From contig CAVVSA010000001.1 in assembly GCA_963750855.1 (NCBI GenBank), forward strand, positions 132,928-196,927: a stretch of DNA of 64,000 bases, read 5' to 3'. A model generated the notes under the pieces. The model ran no database searches, was not told the origin of the DNA, and worked only from the letters and a program-made list of their open reading frames with translations. Shown piece by piece: positions 54,944 through 64,000 of this stretch. Every line of letters starts with the position of its first letter. Within the stretch, counting starts at the first letter, position 1. Source of the stretch: an uncultured Actinomycetota bacterium (lineage in GTDB: Bacteria; Actinomycetota; Actinomycetes; Nanopelagicales; Nanopelagicaceae). The position numbers and the translations under genes were made by a program.

Positions 54944-55438
54944 ATGGCTGAACTGACTCTGAGAACCATGAGCGACGCTGAGTATGAGACCTTCCTTTCG
55001 AAGTTGGTCGTTGAATACGCCGCGGTCAATGTCGAGGCTGGGAATTGGCATGAAGAAGAAGCAATGGAGATGTCAATGAAGGCCTGCGTGCAACTCCTGC
55101 CAGAGGGCAAAGAGACTCCACGAGTTCTCCTGCTCGTCGCGGAAAATCCTGAGGGCGAATTTGTGGGTCATCTCTGGATCGCGTTAGACCGACCCGGCGC
55201 ACCTGGAAGTGGATGGATCTACGACATTGAGGTTGCCGAAAATCAACGAGGTAAGGGATATGGACGAGCATTGTTGCGGGCAGCTGAGGAAGAGACGCTC
55301 AAGCATGGTGTCGGCATTCTGGGCTTGAATGTTTTTGGAACGAACACGGTTGCGCGAAAACTATATGAGTCCGCCGGATATTCGATAACTCAAATCGCCA
55401 TGTCTAAGAAACTGGGAGCCGCGGAAGACTCTCAATAA
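54944..55438 (+). CDS. GNAT-family N-acetyltransferase
   Basis: 164 aa with a motif A, ENQRGKGYGRALLRAAEE. Confidence 0.85.
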   Translation: MAELTLRTMSDAEYETFLSKLVVEYAAVNVEAGNWHEEEAMEMSMKACVQLLPEGKETPRVLLLVAENPEGEFVGHLWIALDRPGAPGSGWIYDIEVAENQRGKGYGRALLRAAEEETLKHGVGILGLNVFGTNTVARKLYESAGYSITQIAMSKKLGAAEDSQ

Positions 55439-56201
55439 GTCTTTGTGTGTAGCCATGCTTTGGCGCACCCAGAACTGACGCCGTCGCACCTTGTTCCACG
55501 ACGACACCTTTTTCCAGCACGATGCTCTCTTGGCATAGAGCCGCAACGACGGCTAGGTCATGGGAAACCATGATGATGGTGAGCCCCTTGGACCGACCGA
55601 GTTCGGCAATGAGATCGATGACATGCACGCGAGTGGAGACATCCAAGGCGCTGACCGGTTCATCGGCGAGAAGCACTTCTGGTTTGCAGACAATGGCACG
55701 GGCGATCGCGATGCGCTGTCGTTGACCGCCGGAGAATTCATCGGGGTAACGCCGGGCCGAATCTACCGGAAGATCCACTGCGCGAAGTGCTTCGGTCACT
55801 TCGTTCTCAATCCAACTACGCATATCAGCGCGAGTGCCACCAGGATTGGCCTCTTTCGCTAATCCGAGCGAGCGAAGTGGTTCGGCAATCAATTGGTCAA
55901 CTCTTTGACGAGGATCAAGCGATGAGTAGGGGTCTTGAAAGACCACCTGCACTTGGCTTCGAAATTTACGCGCCTGCTCTGTATCTTTGAGCGAGAGTTG
56001 CGAACCCTCGAAAAGTATCTCGCCTTGCGTCGGTGTGTGAATTCCCAGTAGCAGTCGGAGAATGGTGCTCTTGCCGGATCCGGATTCGCCCACCAGGCCG
56101 ACATTCTGTCCTTTGTTTATGGCGATATTTATGTCGCGCAGAATCGGGACGCCAGAGTTGTATGAGAAGGAGAGGTCGCGCGTCTCCAGAATCGGCATCA
56201 T
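55404..56201 (-). CDS. peptide/nickel ABC transporter ATP-binding protein (DppF/OppF-like)
   Basis: 265 aa with Walker A (GESGSGKST), signature (FSGGQRQR) and Walker B (LLADEP). Confidence 0.9.
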   Translation of the reverse strand: MMPILETRDLSFSYNSGVPILRDINIAINKGQNVGLVGESGSGKSTILRLLLGIHTPTQGEILFEGSQLSLKDTEQARKFRSQVQVVFQDPYSSLDPRQRVDQLIAEPLRSLGLAKEANPGGTRADMRSWIENEVTEALRAVDLPVDSARRYPDEFSGGQRQRIAIARAIVCKPEVLLADEPVSALDVSTRVHVIDLIAELGRSKGLTIIMVSHDLAVVAALCQESIVLEKGVVVEQGATASVLGAPKHGYTQRLIESLPRLPVS

Positions 56202-57022
56202 GAACCGCCGCCTTTCTTGGCAAGATCCAGGGCGGCGTCAAGTTCTTTTGCGCTTTCTACGAGTTCGCGTGTGTAGGGATGTTGCGGCGATCTCAGGATG
56301 TCGTGAAGCGAACCGGATTCAACAACCGCGCCATCTTTGAGTACTAGGACGTGATCGGTGATCCGGGCGACCACCGCGAGGTCATGGCTGATGAAGAGAA
56401 GGGACATCCCTCTCTCTGACACGACTGTGTCGAGCAAGGTGAGAATCTCGGCTTGCACTGTCACATCCAGCGCGGTCGTTGGCTCATCGGCAATGAGTAG
56501 TGACGGTGCGCAGGCAAGGGCCATCGCAATGGCCGCGCGTTGGCGCTCGCCTCCGGAAACTTCATAGGGGTATGACTTGGCAATACGTTCAGGATTACTG
56601 ATGCGCACTTCAGTAAGTGCCGCGATGACCGCAGAGTACAAGGCATCGCCATTCAATCCCTGCCAACGACGCAGCGGCTCCGATAATTGGCGGCCGATTT
56701 TCATCAATGGATCCAGCGCTGTCAGTGGTTCCTGGAAGACGATGCTGGCCACTGTGCCACGGATTTGATTGAGCACATTCTCCGGTGTATTCAGAATCTG
56801 AACTGGTGCTTCTTTCCCGCGACCCAGAAGAAGGCTGCCAGATGCTTTTAACTCAATGGGCAGCAACCCCATGATTGCCAGCGCCGTCAAAGATTTTCCA
56901 GATCCTGATTCGCCGATAAGACCTAGACGTGTACCGGGTTCAACCGAGAATGAAATGTCTGACACAACTCGGGAACCCTGTGCCGTTTCTACAGTGAGTT
57001 TTTCTACGTCAAGTATTTTCAT
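56198..57022 (-). CDS. peptide/nickel ABC transporter ATP-binding protein (DppD/OppD-like)
   Basis: 274 aa with GESGSGKS, VSGGERQR and LLIADEPTTALD. Confidence 0.9.
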   Translation of the reverse strand: MKILDVEKLTVETAQGSRVVSDISFSVEPGTRLGLIGESGSGKSLTALAIMGLLPIELKASGSLLLGRGKEAPVQILNTPENVLNQIRGTVASIVFQEPLTALDPLMKIGRQLSEPLRRWQGLNGDALYSAVIAALTEVRISNPERIAKSYPYEVSGGERQRAAIAMALACAPSLLIADEPTTALDVTVQAEILTLLDTVVSERGMSLLFISHDLAVVARITDHVLVLKDGAVVESGSLHDILRSPQHPYTRELVESAKELDAALDLAKKGGGS

Positions 57023-57846
57023 CGCGATCGCCTCAAGGTCGGGTCACCAACATCGCGCAGGCCATCGGCCACCAAATTCATGCCAATAACCAGGCAGACG
57101 AGTAGGACTCCCGGTGCGATGGCGGCGATCGGAGACGTCAGCACTGTGGCCTGCGCTTCCTGCAACAGGCTGCCCCACGATGCATTGGGTGGAGGAGACC
57201 CAAGTCCAAGATAGGAAAGGCTCGCCTCCGTTAACCCGGCAAATCCAAATTGAAGCGCGAATGTGACGATAAGAGTGGGCCAGATATTCGGAAGCACGTG
57301 GACGAGGACGATGCGCGCCCACGAAGTACCTGAGGCGCGGGATGCGGTGATGAAATCTTTGGCAAGCACGCGTTTAACGAGAAGACGAGTGAGCCTGGCG
57401 ACGATTGCTGACATGCCAAATCCGATTGCGACGATGGCCGAAGTCAGCGAGGCACCGCGTGCTGCGACCACCAGCATCGCAAGAAGAAGGGTGGGAAAGG
57501 CAATGAGTATGTCGAACATCGCCGAAAAGGATTCATCCGCCCAACGTTGCGCGAACCCTGCCAGCAGTCCGAGGCTCACTCCGATTATTGCGCCGATGAG
57601 AACGGAGGAGAACCCGACAGCGATTGCAATCCGCGCACCGATCATGACGCGCGATAGCAGGTCGCGACCGAGTTTGTCAGTGCCCAACCAGTGCTGACTA
57701 CTTAAGGGGCCAAGGCGAGTACCGGATGTGTCGTTGACTGAATAAGGCGTCCAGAAGATGGAAATCAGGGCCATCAGCGCAATGAACCCGACAAGGGCGC
57801 AACCGACTATGAGGGAGAGCGAGTATTTCCTCTTTGTAATGGTCAT
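57019..57846 (-). CDS. peptide ABC transporter permease (DppC-like)
   Basis: 275 aa with 6 TM helices and an N-terminal HWLGTDKLGRD motif. Confidence 0.9.
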   Translation of the reverse strand: MTITKRKYSLSLIVGCALVGFIALMALISIFWTPYSVNDTSGTRLGPLSSQHWLGTDKLGRDLLSRVMIGARIAIAVGFSSVLIGAIIGVSLGLLAGFAQRWADESFSAMFDILIAFPTLLLAMLVVAARGASLTSAIVAIGFGMSAIVARLTRLLVKRVLAKDFITASRASGTSWARIVLVHVLPNIWPTLIVTFALQFGFAGLTEASLSYLGLGSPPPNASWGSLLQEAQATVLTSPIAAIAPGVLLVCLVIGMNLVADGLRDVGDPTLRRSR

Positions 57847-58823
57847 GTGTTTCGACCTGAGAGAGATTTACTTAGCCGTGGGTCGATAAGGCGTTGTGCA
57901 AGATCGGCCAGAAATCCGATGACGAGAACTCCCATAGTGCTGACAAAGAGGACGCCTTGGATTATTGGATAGTCGCGCTGGGCAATTGCTTGAACCAGCA
58001 GACTCCCAAGTCCCGGCAGTGCAAAGACGCTCTCCACTACAACCGCGCCGATAAAGGTGGTGGCAAGTTCCATTCCGAGAATCGACACAACCGGGGAGGC
58101 GGCGTTGCGGATGCCATGGCGCCACATGGCTTCCATGAAGGAGGATCCAAGTGAACGTGATGTGCGCAGGTAATCGCTGTTGAGCACATCCAATGTTGCA
58201 GAGCGGACGTAGCGCGTGAGGGACGCCGACATAACAAGGGAGATAGTTGCCACTGGGAGTATGAGCGAACGCAATGCCTGGCCGAGATCGCTCCATCCAG
58301 TTGGTGGGAACCCGCCAGCAGGCAGAACCATCCATTTGAGGGCGAAGACCAAGATAAGAATCACGCCAACCCAGAAGACAGGAATCGCGATACCGAGTTG
58401 AGAGACGCTATTGAGAATTGAGCCATACCAAGTCTTTGCTCGATACGCGGCGACGAATCCAACGGGGACTGCGATTGTGATCGCGACCAAGAAGGAGATC
58501 AGAGTCAACGGCACCGTGACCGAGAGTCGAGAATTGATCTCCGGGCCAACTTGCATGTGTCCGATGAGTGAAGTTCCGAGGTGAAAACTTCCCAGATCCT
58601 TAAGCCAGTTGAAGAACTGTTCGATCAAGGGAAGGTCGGAGCCCACCATATGACGGGCGGCGGCGATTTGCTCGGGAGTTGCTCCAACCGAGAGCAGGGC
58701 GTTGGCCGGATCACCGGGAAGTATGCGAAGCAGGACAAACAACGAAGTACTGGCAGCGACGAGTGAGATCAGAAGTACGACGATGCGCCGAAAAATATAA
58801 CTGAGAATTGGAGATGTCTTCAT
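57843..58823 (-). CDS. peptide ABC transporter permease (DppB-like)
   Basis: The ATG at 58823 forms an ATGA overlap with the upstream PLP-enzyme stop (the ORF is open to 58841). Has an MKTSPILSYIFRRI N-terminus and an EAA-loop region. Confidence 0.9.
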   Translation of the reverse strand: MKTSPILSYIFRRIVVLLISLVAASTSLFVLLRILPGDPANALLSVGATPEQIAAARHMVGSDLPLIEQFFNWLKDLGSFHLGTSLIGHMQVGPEINSRLSVTVPLTLISFLVAITIAVPVGFVAAYRAKTWYGSILNSVSQLGIAIPVFWVGVILILVFALKWMVLPAGGFPPTGWSDLGQALRSLILPVATISLVMSASLTRYVRSATLDVLNSDYLRTSRSLGSSFMEAMWRHGIRNAASPVVSILGMELATTFIGAVVVESVFALPGLGSLLVQAIAQRDYPIIQGVLFVSTMGVLVIGFLADLAQRLIDPRLSKSLSGRNT

Positions 58824-60517
58824 TGGCGATCGATGAGGCACTCTTGAGGTAGTTCAAACCAGCGCAACGATTCAAAGCGCTCGCTCACAGCAACGGTATT
58901 GATCAGCGCCGCGGAAGTCGTTTGGTTTTCCCTTACCATTGCGAGTTCTTCGGCAGTCGCTAGATAGTGGGCAAGGGCGCTCTCGGGGGCGAGATCGACG
59001 TGTACCGGATAAACCATCTTTCCTTCATTGCCATATGAGATGTCGCGCAGACGAAGAGCGGGTTCGACCGGACCGTTTCGATGATGCCACATTCCCGAAT
59101 CTGGATCGAATGAGTAATCGCAAAGAAAGAGATGGCCTCTTTGGGCAACAAAGCGCACGGCCGAGATGATGTAGTCCACCACGGTGTCGGAGAAGAAATA
59201 GTTGAAGTTAATGCGGACCCAGCCAGGTTTTATTCCTTCACAGCCCAGGTTTACTTCTTCCTCTATTTCATGGCTCTGCGCAATATCGATCCCCAATAGG
59301 CGATGGCCATAAGGGCCGGCGCATGAGCAGCCACCACGGGCTTGGATTCCAAAAAGATCATTGAGGAGGGCGACCACGAAGTTGTAATGCAGGAGTTTTC
59401 CGGATGGCGAGTGAAGCACGAAGGAGAGGATGGAAAGGCGCTCTGCCTTCAGATTGCCCAACATTTCGATCTTTGGCTCCGCACTCCATGCTTGGATGGC
59501 GCGCGCTAGAAATTTCTCCTCCGTCGCATGGATGGCGGGGACGCCGACGGCTTCCTTGAGTTGAAATACGAGGCCAGCGCGAATTGATTCGATAATTGCC
59601 GGAGTCCCGCCCTCTTCGCGATGGGTTGGATCGGTGAGATATCGGTGCTCGAGCGAATTCACATAAGCCACCGTGCCGCCTCCCGGAACGACGGGTACGG
59701 TGTTATGGGCGACCGCGTGGTTTATGACGAGAACGCCTGGGGTTCCCGGTCCGCCAATGAACTTGTGAGGGCTCAGGAAGATCGCATCCATGCGCGCCAT
59801 GGGATTTGCTGAGTGCATATTGATATCGACATAAGGCGCTGCCGCAGCGAAATCCCAGAAGGAGAGTGCGCCGTGCTCATGCAGAAGAATGGAGACAGCG
59901 TCGGTATCGGTGATGATCCCAGTTACGTTGCTTGCCGCCGAAAATGACCCGATCTTTAGTGATCTATTGGAGTATTTGTTCAACTCGACGCGTAAATGAT
60001 CCAGGTCCACGTGTCCGTCGGCATCCTCTTGGATTGTGACGACGGTGCAGATCGATTCTCTCCAAGAGAGCTCGTTGCTGTGATGCTCGTAGGGACCGAT
60101 GAAAACAACCGGTCTGAGTTCTGTGGGGATTTGATCCGAGAATTTCCACTGTCGATCCAAGTCAGAAGGAATTCGAATATTGAGAATGCCGATCAATTTA
60201 TCTATGGCGCCGGTCGCCCCTGATCCGGCAAAGATCACGACATCATCCGAAGTCGCCCCAACCGCCTTCCGGATTATTTCGCGAGCATCCTCACGGAGTC
60301 GTGTTGTCTGCAGGCCAGTTCCACTAGCTTCAGTATGTGTGTTTGCGTAACGCGGCATCACCTCATTGCGGATGAAATCTTCGATGAACGTGAGTGATCG
60401 ACCGCTGGCTGTGTAATCAGCATAGGTCACCCTGCGTGGTCCGTATGGCCCGCTCATCAATTGATCATCGCCGATGACGCTTTCGCGGATTTGACGGAGT
60501 ATGTTGTCGCCGCCCAT
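58820..60517 (-). CDS. class V aminotransferase-fold PLP enzyme (cysteine desulfurase-like, long form)
   Basis: 565 aa, with TYADYTASGRSL...ANTHTE...SPHKFIGGPGTPGVL. It is the first gene of the ABC operon string. Confidence 0.85.
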   Translation of the reverse strand: MGGDNILRQIRESVIGDDQLMSGPYGPRRVTYADYTASGRSLTFIEDFIRNEVMPRYANTHTEASGTGLQTTRLREDAREIIRKAVGATSDDVVIFAGSGATGAIDKLIGILNIRIPSDLDRQWKFSDQIPTELRPVVFIGPYEHHSNELSWRESICTVVTIQEDADGHVDLDHLRVELNKYSNRSLKIGSFSAASNVTGIITDTDAVSILLHEHGALSFWDFAAAAPYVDINMHSANPMARMDAIFLSPHKFIGGPGTPGVLVINHAVAHNTVPVVPGGGTVAYVNSLEHRYLTDPTHREEGGTPAIIESIRAGLVFQLKEAVGVPAIHATEEKFLARAIQAWSAEPKIEMLGNLKAERLSILSFVLHSPSGKLLHYNFVVALLNDLFGIQARGGCSCAGPYGHRLLGIDIAQSHEIEEEVNLGCEGIKPGWVRINFNYFFSDTVVDYIISAVRFVAQRGHLFLCDYSFDPDSGMWHHRNGPVEPALRLRDISYGNEGKMVYPVHVDLAPESALAHYLATAEELAMVRENQTTSAALINTVAVSERFESLRWFELPQECLIDRQ

Positions 60518-60566
60518 TTAGGTAGGTTACCGATAATTCATACCTAATGCATATAATGATGGAACA

Positions 60567-61289
60567 ATGTCTCTCAAACTCAATACTTTTTCCATTACCG
60601 CCAGATGTCATCGAAGTGGTGAACTCGGTATCGCGATCGCTACGAAATTCATCTCTGTCGGGATGCTCTGTTCTTTTGTGCAGAACAATGTTGGTGCCAT
60701 CGCGAGTCAGGCCTACATCAATCCATATCTTGGGATTTGGGGTCTGGAACATCTTGCCAAAGGCCATAGCGCGCAGGAGACGCTGGAATTTCTCAAGAGC
60801 AAGGATGAAGGAATCGATTTTCGCCAGTTAGGAATCGTCGATAGCCAAGGCGGCAGCGCTGCTTTCACGGGGAGCAACTCGGATACGTGGCATGGACACT
60901 TAACCGGTCCAAACTACGCATTGGCTGGCAATAGATTGGTCAGCGTTCAAACACTTGAGGCAATGCAGGACAGTTTCTTATCCGATGACAGCCTGCCTTT
61001 GAGCAAGCGCTTGCTTCTAGCCTTGAGCGCTGGAGAAGCAGCAGGTGGAGATAAATTGGGCCATCAGTCTGCGGCATTGAAAGTTTATGGAGCTGCAGAA
61101 TTCCCCGTGATTGATCTGCGCGTCGATGAGCATGATGACCCGGTGGCGGAACTTCGTCGGATATATGGAATTGCGGAAGAAATCTTGATTCCGCTGATGG
61201 ACTCGTTGCCAACCCCCGACGCTGAAGCTGGAGGTTTTACCTTCCAGCGTTCAGCAATCGGTAAGGATGGCGTTACGCGCGGATACTAG
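60567..61289 (+). CDS. DUF1028-family (Ntn-hydrolase fold) protein
   Basis: 240 aa with an N-terminal TFSITARCHRSGELGIAIATKFISVG pattern. TATAAT at 60552-57 lies 9 nt before the ATG. Confidence 0.8.
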   Translation: MSLKLNTFSITARCHRSGELGIAIATKFISVGMLCSFVQNNVGAIASQAYINPYLGIWGLEHLAKGHSAQETLEFLKSKDEGIDFRQLGIVDSQGGSAAFTGSNSDTWHGHLTGPNYALAGNRLVSVQTLEAMQDSFLSDDSLPLSKRLLLALSAGEAAGGDKLGHQSAALKVYGAAEFPVIDLRVDEHDDPVAELRRIYGIAEEILIPLMDSLPTPDAEAGGFTFQRSAIGKDGVTRGY

Positions 61290-62806
61290 TTCTTAACAAT
61301 ATCGAACGCGTAAAACTGCGAATTCAAGCCGTTGATTGGATAACCCGAGATTGTCGTTGAAGCAACCACAATCTGGGGGTAGAGATAGATCCAGTCGCTG
61401 GCCGCCTCATTCACGATAATTCGGTTGGCTTGCTTGAGCAGATCGGTCTGTTCTGTGGTGGTGCTGGCCTGCTCGGCCCGATTGATGAGGTCAGTTACTT
61501 TGGGATTGTTGTAACCCCAGTAGAAGTTCGGGTTTCCGTACCAGACCACATCGCGATCGTTGACGTGTTCCTGCATGGTCGCGGCGAAGTCCAACTTCTG
61601 GTAAACCTGCGTGTACCACTGGTCGGCTGTGATGATGTTGATGTTCACCGTGATTCCAACTTTGGCAAGTTCTGACTTGATGAAGGTTGCTGCGGCTGGA
61701 TGCGGATCGTAACTTGGCGTATCCAGTCTGAAAGTGAATCCATTTGGATAACCAGCTTGGGTAAGTTCCTTCTTGGCCAAGGTGAGATCGTATGGATTCA
61801 CTTTGGTGAGGTCCTCATACCAAGGGTCGGTAGGCGGAACCATCGAGCCAATAAGTGTGCCGTAATCTCCCCAGATTGACTGAAGCAACTTCTTATTATC
61901 GATTGCCGAAGTGATGGCTTTGCGCACGAGAGGCTTGTTAAATGGCGCAACGCGATCGTTGAATACGAGCAAGAGTTTGGTGGTGGACTGCCCGTTGTTA
62001 ATCTTGAAATCCGAGGTCTTGAACTGTGTCAAGGCATCGGGACTCTGCTCGGCTGTCACAACATCAACGGCGTGAGTCAGCAATGCATTATTGAGCGCTG
62101 TTGCATCCGTGAAATAGTGAAAGACAACGACCTTGTTGGTTGCTGGGGTGCCCCAATATTTGTCGTAACGGGTTAAGGAAAGCGTCGAGCCGTGCTTCCA
62201 TTCGGTCAGCGTGTAAGGACCGGTTCCATCCTCTTTTGCGGTTATGTCCTTGGCATCTGCGTTGATGACCCAGATGTAACTCAAGTTGTAGACAAATGAA
62301 ATGGACCGAGTCTTGAGAGTAACAACGACCGTTTTATCGTCTGGAGTCGCAACTGAGGCGATCATGTCAAAAGCGCTCTTGCGGGCGGATTGAGATTTCG
62401 CAGCAGTTACTTTCTCGATGCTGTACTTCACATCGGCACTAGTCAGTTTCTTGCCCGAGTGAAAGGTGACCCCATTTCGGAGAGTAAAGGTATAGGTGAG
62501 TCCATCAGAACTGACTTTGTAGTCGGTTGCGAGTAGGTTCTCAACTTTGCCGGAATCGGTAAGTCTGAAAAGGCCCTCATAGACGTTTCCGTTAAAAGCC
62601 TCATTAATTCCCTGGCCACCGCCGGAGGTGTTGTCCAAGTTCTGTGGTTCATATTGCGAACCGATGTTGATTGTTGCATCAGAGCTTGCGGTAGTTGTCT
62701 TCGTTGCCGAGCTACATGCGGCGAGAGTCAGTGTTAGGGCCAAGCCGAGACTGAGCCACCCGATCTTCTTTCGATATTTTCCAGCCATTCTTTTCTCCTT
62801 CGCCAC
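61286..62806 (-). CDS. ABC transporter substrate-binding lipoprotein, family 5 (peptide/nickel)
   Basis: 506 aa with a lipobox (LTLAACSS) and family-5 SBP length and pattern. Confidence 0.9.
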   Translation of the reverse strand: MAKEKRMAGKYRKKIGWLSLGLALTLTLAACSSATKTTTASSDATINIGSQYEPQNLDNTSGGGQGINEAFNGNVYEGLFRLTDSGKVENLLATDYKVSSDGLTYTFTLRNGVTFHSGKKLTSADVKYSIEKVTAAKSQSARKSAFDMIASVATPDDKTVVVTLKTRSISFVYNLSYIWVINADAKDITAKEDGTGPYTLTEWKHGSTLSLTRYDKYWGTPATNKVVVFHYFTDATALNNALLTHAVDVVTAEQSPDALTQFKTSDFKINNGQSTTKLLLVFNDRVAPFNKPLVRKAITSAIDNKKLLQSIWGDYGTLIGSMVPPTDPWYEDLTKVNPYDLTLAKKELTQAGYPNGFTFRLDTPSYDPHPAAATFIKSELAKVGITVNINIITADQWYTQVYQKLDFAATMQEHVNDRDVVWYGNPNFYWGYNNPKVTDLINRAEQASTTTEQTDLLKQANRIIVNEAASDWIYLYPQIVVASTTISGYPINGLNSQFYAFDIVKN

Positions 62807-62830
62807 TTGTACGAGTAACGGTTATTTGGG

Positions 62831-63556
62831 TTAGTGAATTTCGTAGTTGTTACGAAAAATTGGGTTCTTCTCGCCAGCACGTATCGCGACTTTGAGTCGG
62901 TTCTGTGGTGGCGGAAGTGGGCAGTTGTAAGCGATAGAAAAACCGCAAGGAGGAACGTAGGCGCGATTGAAATCAATGATCACTTTGTCGGAGGTTTCTT
63001 CTTTTGGCAGAACCAAGAATCGACCGGCCGGGTATGTCTCACTCCCGTTTGTGGGATCTGCAAATACGAGAATGAGTGTTCCCTCATCATCGAAGGCATC
63101 AAGGCTGTACTCAACTCCCTGAATGGATACCTTGATCTCTCCGGGCACAGCTAAATTACGGTGGCCAGGCGTCTCACGTACATATTCAAAAGGGACCGCG
63201 CGTGATTCTGGGTGTGGAATGAATGTGCCTTCAAATACCCAGGCTGGATCGAAAGGGTAAGTCTCAATAGTTTCAAATAATTGGATTGCCTCAGAGTTGG
63301 AATCCCACAAACGGACTCCTTGTGCAAGGACTTTGCCATCGAAGTCATGTCGTTCTTGCTTTGTGACAATTACGGTCTCTGGCTGACCCGCTAATCCTTC
63401 TTCCAGAGTTATTTCCTTCTCTCCAGTTTGCCACCGAGTCTCAACCAGAGCGAGGTTGCCAGTAGGGGAAGTGACCGAAGCCAGACGCCGAGCATGCCAA
63501 AGATCCCAATCTGCCCGCGAAGGAATTGAATTTTCAGGGGGAATGTTGTTGGCCAT
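62831..63556 (-). CDS. DUF1684-family protein
   Basis: 241 aa with a C-terminal motif, ETYPAGRFL...IDFNRAYVPPCGFSIAYNCPLPPPQNRL. Confidence 0.8.
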   Translation of the reverse strand: MANNIPPENSIPSRADWDLWHARRLASVTSPTGNLALVETRWQTGEKEITLEEGLAGQPETVIVTKQERHDFDGKVLAQGVRLWDSNSEAIQLFETIETYPFDPAWVFEGTFIPHPESRAVPFEYVRETPGHRNLAVPGEIKVSIQGVEYSLDAFDDEGTLILVFADPTNGSETYPAGRFLVLPKEETSDKVIIDFNRAYVPPCGFSIAYNCPLPPPQNRLKVAIRAGEKNPIFRNNYEIH

Positions 63557-63664
63557 GCCGAAGGTTATCTAAATTCCCTTTGCGCTGCATAGGGATATCT
63601 TGCATAAGGTTTGCACTCTTTCATGCATTCAATTCGCATCAATTTTGGCATCACTTCAGGGAAG

Positions 63665-64000
63665 TTATTGATGAGTTTTGTATTCATGTTCTGCATGTGC
63701 ACCGCGCTCGAGTTGAAAAGTGGAATGTTCAATCGGCACGTCAAAATGCTCAGCCACGCATTTTTGGAGCTCATCAATAATGGATGACGCATGCCCATCA
63801 AAAAAACATTCATCTTCGACGACAACGTGTGCGGTCAAAACGGGAAGTCCCGTCGCAATTTGTGTGGCGTGTAGGTCATGCACCGAGAGAACGTGGGGCA
63901 ACTCCAGAATATGGGCACGGATGGTTTCCAGGTTTAAACCGCGTGGAGTCGACTCTAGGAGCACGTCCACAGTGGCCCAGAGAAGTTTGATGGTGCGAGG
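63665..64000 (-). CDS. cation diffusion facilitator transporter, C-terminal part (gene runs off the window)
   Basis: Has a CDF cytoplasmic domain (LLESTPRGLNLETIRAHILELPHVLSVHDLH) and a His-rich tail. The ORF is still open at 64000. Confidence 0.8.
   Translation of the reverse strand, partial: PRTIKLLWATVDVLLESTPRGLNLETIRAHILELPHVLSVHDLHATQIATGLPVLTAHVVVEDECFFDGHASSIIDELQKCVAEHFDVPIEHSTFQLERGAHAEHEYKTHQ

Overview
This is a 64-kb segment of an actinobacterial chromosome. Gene order follows the conserved actinobacterial backbone: greA ... tRNA-Thr, tRNA-Met, rpmG, hadA/hadB-like, murB, aspartate aminotransferase, tRNA-Trp, secE, nusG, rplK-rplA, rplJ-rplL, rpoB-rpoC. Moderate GC and tight gene packing suggest a small-genome Micrococcales-like lineage, but that is inference only. 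The left third holds housekeeping genes: a cis-prenyltransferase, PhoH2, class I fumarase, xseAB, ispH, putA, feoAB and a quinone oxidoreductase. The right third holds pepN, DUF885, a peptide ABC operon, DUF1028, DUF1684 and a partial CDF transporter.

The backbone is interrupted by small accessory inserts:
1. A hipBA module sits directly behind rpoC. It is bracketed by a perfect 260-bp duplication of the rpoC 3' end plus terminator, and three palindromic operators lie upstream of hipB at exactly 60-bp spacing.
2. A roughly 5.3-kb toxin-antitoxin/abortive-infection islet lies between rplL and rpoB. It contains AbiEi/AbiEii with an overlapping GH16-like gene, two small toxin-like pairs and a secreted repeat protein.
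3. A four-gene sulfur-trafficking cassette is wedged between rplKA and rplJL.
4. An AT-rich membrane-protein gene lies between tRNA-Met and rpmG.
5. Three paralogous single-pass membrane proteins and an IS3 remnant surround DUF885 and pepN.

At least about 11 single-base frame disruptions, plus one possible further site, are visible, several of them in short homopolymers. They affect rplA, murB, hadB-like, the aminotransferase, the cysteine desulfurase, DUF302, a secreted protein and possibly the rplJ tail. They must be resolved as sequencing error versus real decay before any biological reading. No CRISPR array, rRNA gene or intact mobile element was seen.
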